A stretch of 37,282 bases of DNA, taken from assembly GCF_001194135.2 (NCBI RefSeq), contig NC_068996.1:38386681-38423962 (forward strand), read 5' to 3'. Below, piece after piece: positions 33,961 to 37,282 of this stretch; within the stretch, counting starts at the first letter, position 1; each line of letters opens with the position of its first letter. The DNA comes from Octopus bimaculoides. Lineage: Eukaryota. The notes under the pieces are model-generated. The model saw nothing but the letters and a program-made list of their open reading frames with translations. It made no database searches and had not been told where the DNA came from. A program made the position numbers and the translations under genes.

Positions 33961-34279
33961 TTAGTGTCCAACGAACAGGAACATGAAACTCTGAGTAGCA
34001 GTTTTTTTTTGTGTTGTTTTTGCAGCTTTAATAATAATAAAGCATATTACTCTACTTCTGGTATTTGAGTACTATTTTTTCCAACCCTGTTTCACATTTA
34101 TGTGTTTACCTTGGTAAATGACTGAAACAAAAAAAAAAATATATATATCATGATTTTAGCTTTTTGAAATTATTATTTTTGTAAGGGTAGAATTACAGGC
34201 TCTATCTTAAAATTTGTGTTCAAATTTCATCATTTTGGTAAGTTTGGAATTCTATAACCAGAGCAATAATATTTATCCC

Positions 34280-34760
34280 CACTTAAACATGGATATTCTG
34301 TTAGAACAAACTATACTGTGATAGATACCACGAGAGAAACTCTCATATTGTCTTTTAGTGCAAAATGCATTCTCGTTTATATCACTAGCAGGGGAGATAA
34401 ATCCCCACGACCTCCAGCACCAAGACTAGCAGATCACACAGTTTTGACCTTCCCTGGTCTTATCGATGATGGATGCGAGACTGCTAGAGACAACAGCAAT
34501 TCATCTCCATGCCAGTACATGCACTGGTGTCGTGATTAGCCATTGAGCTTGTTAAAAAATATATATATTAACAACAGAGGCAATATCAATACCAATGATA
34601 TCTTCACTTAAATGTGGATGTTCTGTAGGAACAAACTATACTGCAAAAATAACCACGAGAGAAACTCCCATATTAGCATTTGGTGCAAAATGCATTCTTG
34701 TTTATATCACTAGCAGGGGAGATAAATCCCCACCGTCTCCAGTGCCAAGACCCCTTGATC
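34280..34760. repeat. Diverged tandem duplication, two units of about 155 bp with a 325-bp period
   Basis: cacttaaa..gga..ttctgt..gaacaaactatactg...accacgagagaaactc.catatt... occurs at 34280 and 34605, with an identical 34-nt core. Confidence 0.85.
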
Positions 34761-35011
34761 ATTTAGATTATTGGGTCTTTTTGCATCACTGCCTCATTGT
34801 TCTAATTGCCTTTTCTTCCTGATGTTTCCCTTTCTCTTATTATTTGCTTACATCCTCTCAATAAATCAGACAGACAATGTTATTTACTTTGAGAATGAAT
34901 GTATTATTGTATCAAGTTTTATGTTCAAATTTTTTCCTGGTTTTGAGTTTATTATCCCCTTTTCAGAGATCTTGTTGTTTAGTGGAATATATTAAATATA
35001 TGTCCTCACAT

Positions 35012-35171
35012 AGGTACATCATGGCTGTGTGGTAAAAGGTTTGCTTCCTAACCACATGGTTCCAGGTTTAGTCTCGCTGCATGGCACCTTGGGCATGTGT
35101 CTTCTACTATAGCCTTAAGCTTACCAAAGCCTTGTGAGTGCATTTGGTCGATGGAAAATGAAAAGAGGTCT

Positions 35172-35252
<81 letters not shown>

Positions 35253-35505
35253 CACACACACACATATAATGTATAGGTATGTATGTGTCTTTATGTCTGT
35301 GTTTGTAACCCACCACAACATGACAAGCAGTGTTGGTGTGTTTACATCCCTGTTACTTAGTAGTTCAGCAAAAGAGACCAATAGAACAAGCACCGAGTCA
35401 GAAACATAAAATAAGTACTGAATTCAATTCGTTCAATGGAAAATCTTTTAAGGTGGTGCCCCTGCATAGCTGCAGTCTAATGACTGAAAAAAGTAAAAGA
35501 TAAAA
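35012..35505 (+). mobile_element. SINE family B with expanded internal (AT)n, CpG-decayed
   Basis: Head, CORE-like segment, about 75 bp of (AT)n and the family tail. Confidence 0.82.
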
Positions 35506-35585
35506 GAAAGAAAGTGAGGTTTGTACCATTGAAAAGAAGTTTTAAATGTTTATGCGATATTTATTACTTTATCTTTTTAATCTAG

Positions 35586-35705
35586 CAACAGGAAAAGAAC
35601 TGTACATTCATTGTAAACCATGCGTTACTTCTTCGATCATTTTTACTTCACTGTAACATAGAGGAAGAACAACACAGAGAATTTTTCAAGATGGTTGAAA
35701 AACAG
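35586..35705 (+). CDS. EIF2AK4: GCN2 internal exon (alternative in-frame acceptor at 35592)
   Basis: tctttttaatctag acceptor, phase 0/0, donor CAG|gtagga. Translates to (QQ)EKNCTFIVNHALLLRSFLLHCNIEEEQHREFFKMVEKQ, versus human ERNYSIYLNHTMLLKAILLHCGIPEDK. Confidence 0.88.
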
Positions 35706-35739
35706 GTAGGATTGTCAAACTATTGTTGTTGTCATTGAC

Positions 35740-35832
35740 TTCATCATCATCATCATCATCACCATCATCATCATCACCATCATCATCGTCATCACCATCA
35801 TCATCATCACAACCACCACCACCACCACCACC

Positions 35833-35866
<34 letters not shown>

Positions 35867-35870
35867 TCAT
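35740..35870. repeat. (CAT)n/(CAC)n microsatellite just inside the intron after the 35705 donor
   Basis: Seen directly. Confidence 0.95.
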
Positions 35871-36236
35871 TTTTATATTGTTTTAATGTCTTTCTTTATA
35901 AATACCTGTAATGCAGCATCTTTCATTGTATCTAACTCACAATATATCAACTCAAGCCAGTGAAGGAGCTTCAACATAGACATTGAACTGCTAAAAGCAG
36001 CCAGATCTTCCTACTGTAAGACATGTTTAAGAAGCCCTTCTTCCCAACCATGTGATCTTGGGTTCAGTCCCACTGCATGACACCTAACATTAACAACCTT
36101 GAAGAGTGTCCAGGGTACTTTTTTTTCATGACACTGGCACCATTGAGATCACCATGTAAGTTAAAAGACAAACATCAAAACCCCTTGACTTAGTAGAGAG
36201 GGAGGTGGCTTTATGCTAGTTGTTGAAGGATTAGGA

Positions 36237-36912
36237 CAGTGGTTCACAACTGGGGCGTCCACATAGGATTTTGTTAAAATTTATCTGCAATGATATTGAT
36301 TATACTTCTAAGGCAAGCTGGTAGAAACGTTAGCACACTGGGCAAAATGCTTAGCGGTATTTCATCTATCTTTATGGTCTGAGTTCAAATTCCACTGAGG
36401 CCAACTGTGCCTTTCATCCTTTTGGGGTCGATAAATTAAGTATCATTTGCGTACTGGGGTTGATCTAATCGACTGGCTCCTCACTAAAAATTTCAGGCCT
36501 TGTGCCTAGAGTAGAAAACAATGTATACTTTACATCCAAATGTTAAAGGCGGTGAGCTGGCAGAAACGTTAGCATGCTGGGTGAAATGCTTAGCGGTATT
36601 TTCTGAGTTCAAATTCCACTGAGGTTGACTTTGCCTTTCATCCTTTCGGGGTTAATAAATTAAGTACCAGTTGCGTGCTGGGGTCGATGTAATTGACTGG
36701 CCCCCTCCCCAAAAATTTTGGGCCTTGTGCCTAGAGTAGAAAAGAATATTGATTATATTTTTACAATACACAAAACATTTCAACAATTTTTTTAATACAG
36801 TTCCTAATAATATTTAATTATAAAAATATAATTGGATTTTATTAAAACATCAATTAGCTGTTGGAGTCCAGTAGAGTAAAATAGGAATGAAAGGGGCTCA
36901 GAGGTAAAAAGA
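36237..36912. mobile_element. hAT-like MITE interrupted by two + strand SINE A copies (36311-36520, 36545-36748)
   Basis: Left TIR cagtggttcacaac and two complete family A bodies in tandem. The right TIR is lost at a SINE B head. Confidence 0.6.
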
Positions 36913-36913
36913 T

Positions 36914-36952
36914 AGGCACAGGAGTGGCTGTGTGGTAAGTAGCTTGCTTACC
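36914..36952 (+). mobile_element. Truncated SINE family B head
   Basis: aggcacaggagtggctgtgtggtaagtagcttgcttacc, then abruptly unrelated sequence. Confidence 0.75.
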
Positions 36953-37282
36953 GAAAGGACATGTTTATTGTCGCTCTGGCTTCACGTCGCTGAATGCCAG
37001 CGTCGTGAATTTTTGACGTACAACTACAGATAAGACTTTTGTGTTGTTGGGATTTAGTGGGGGTTTGTTGCTCATGTTTATTTTTATGTCGAACAAGAAA
37101 TCTCCACTGAATTCCACGCATTTGTCTCCCTGTGGTTGTGCTTAAAGTCTCACTTAGCGGTGAGAAGAGTGTTTTGGAGGTATCGCTCCTCCAAAAATTG
37201 TGAACTCAATTTGTAAAAGTTTGTTGTCTTCAAATCATGATTTGAAAACTACAAATAAATATTGTGAACTTTGTTTAAAAAA

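Overview
AT-rich, microsatellite-dense eukaryotic genomic DNA from a gapped assembly (8 N runs, nearly all next to simple repeats). The repeat content resembles Octopus/coleoid cephalopod DNA; this is recalled resemblance, not a search result. The only host gene I can support is four + strand internal exons (19760-19957, 29201-29349, 30464-30530, 35586/35592-35705) that splice in frame into the HisRS-like domain of GCN2/EIF2AK4. No upstream kinase exon was found in the window. The rest is mostly transposon debris: four tRNA-derived SINE families (here A-D), 3' ends of RTE, R4/Dong-like, HERO and another REL-endonuclease retrotransposon, a Gypsy RT fragment, a mariner remnant, hAT- and piggyBac-like MITEs and foldback elements. 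Best leads: (1) a minimal type I hammerhead-ribozyme fold at 12447-12502 (-) with a compensatory G3-C8 core swap; (2) His in place of the conserved motif-2 Arg of GCN2, at a codon that A-to-I editing could restore; (3) a sharp switch from CpG-retaining to CpG-decayed repeats at about 17.6 kb, only 2 kb before the first visible GCN2 exon.
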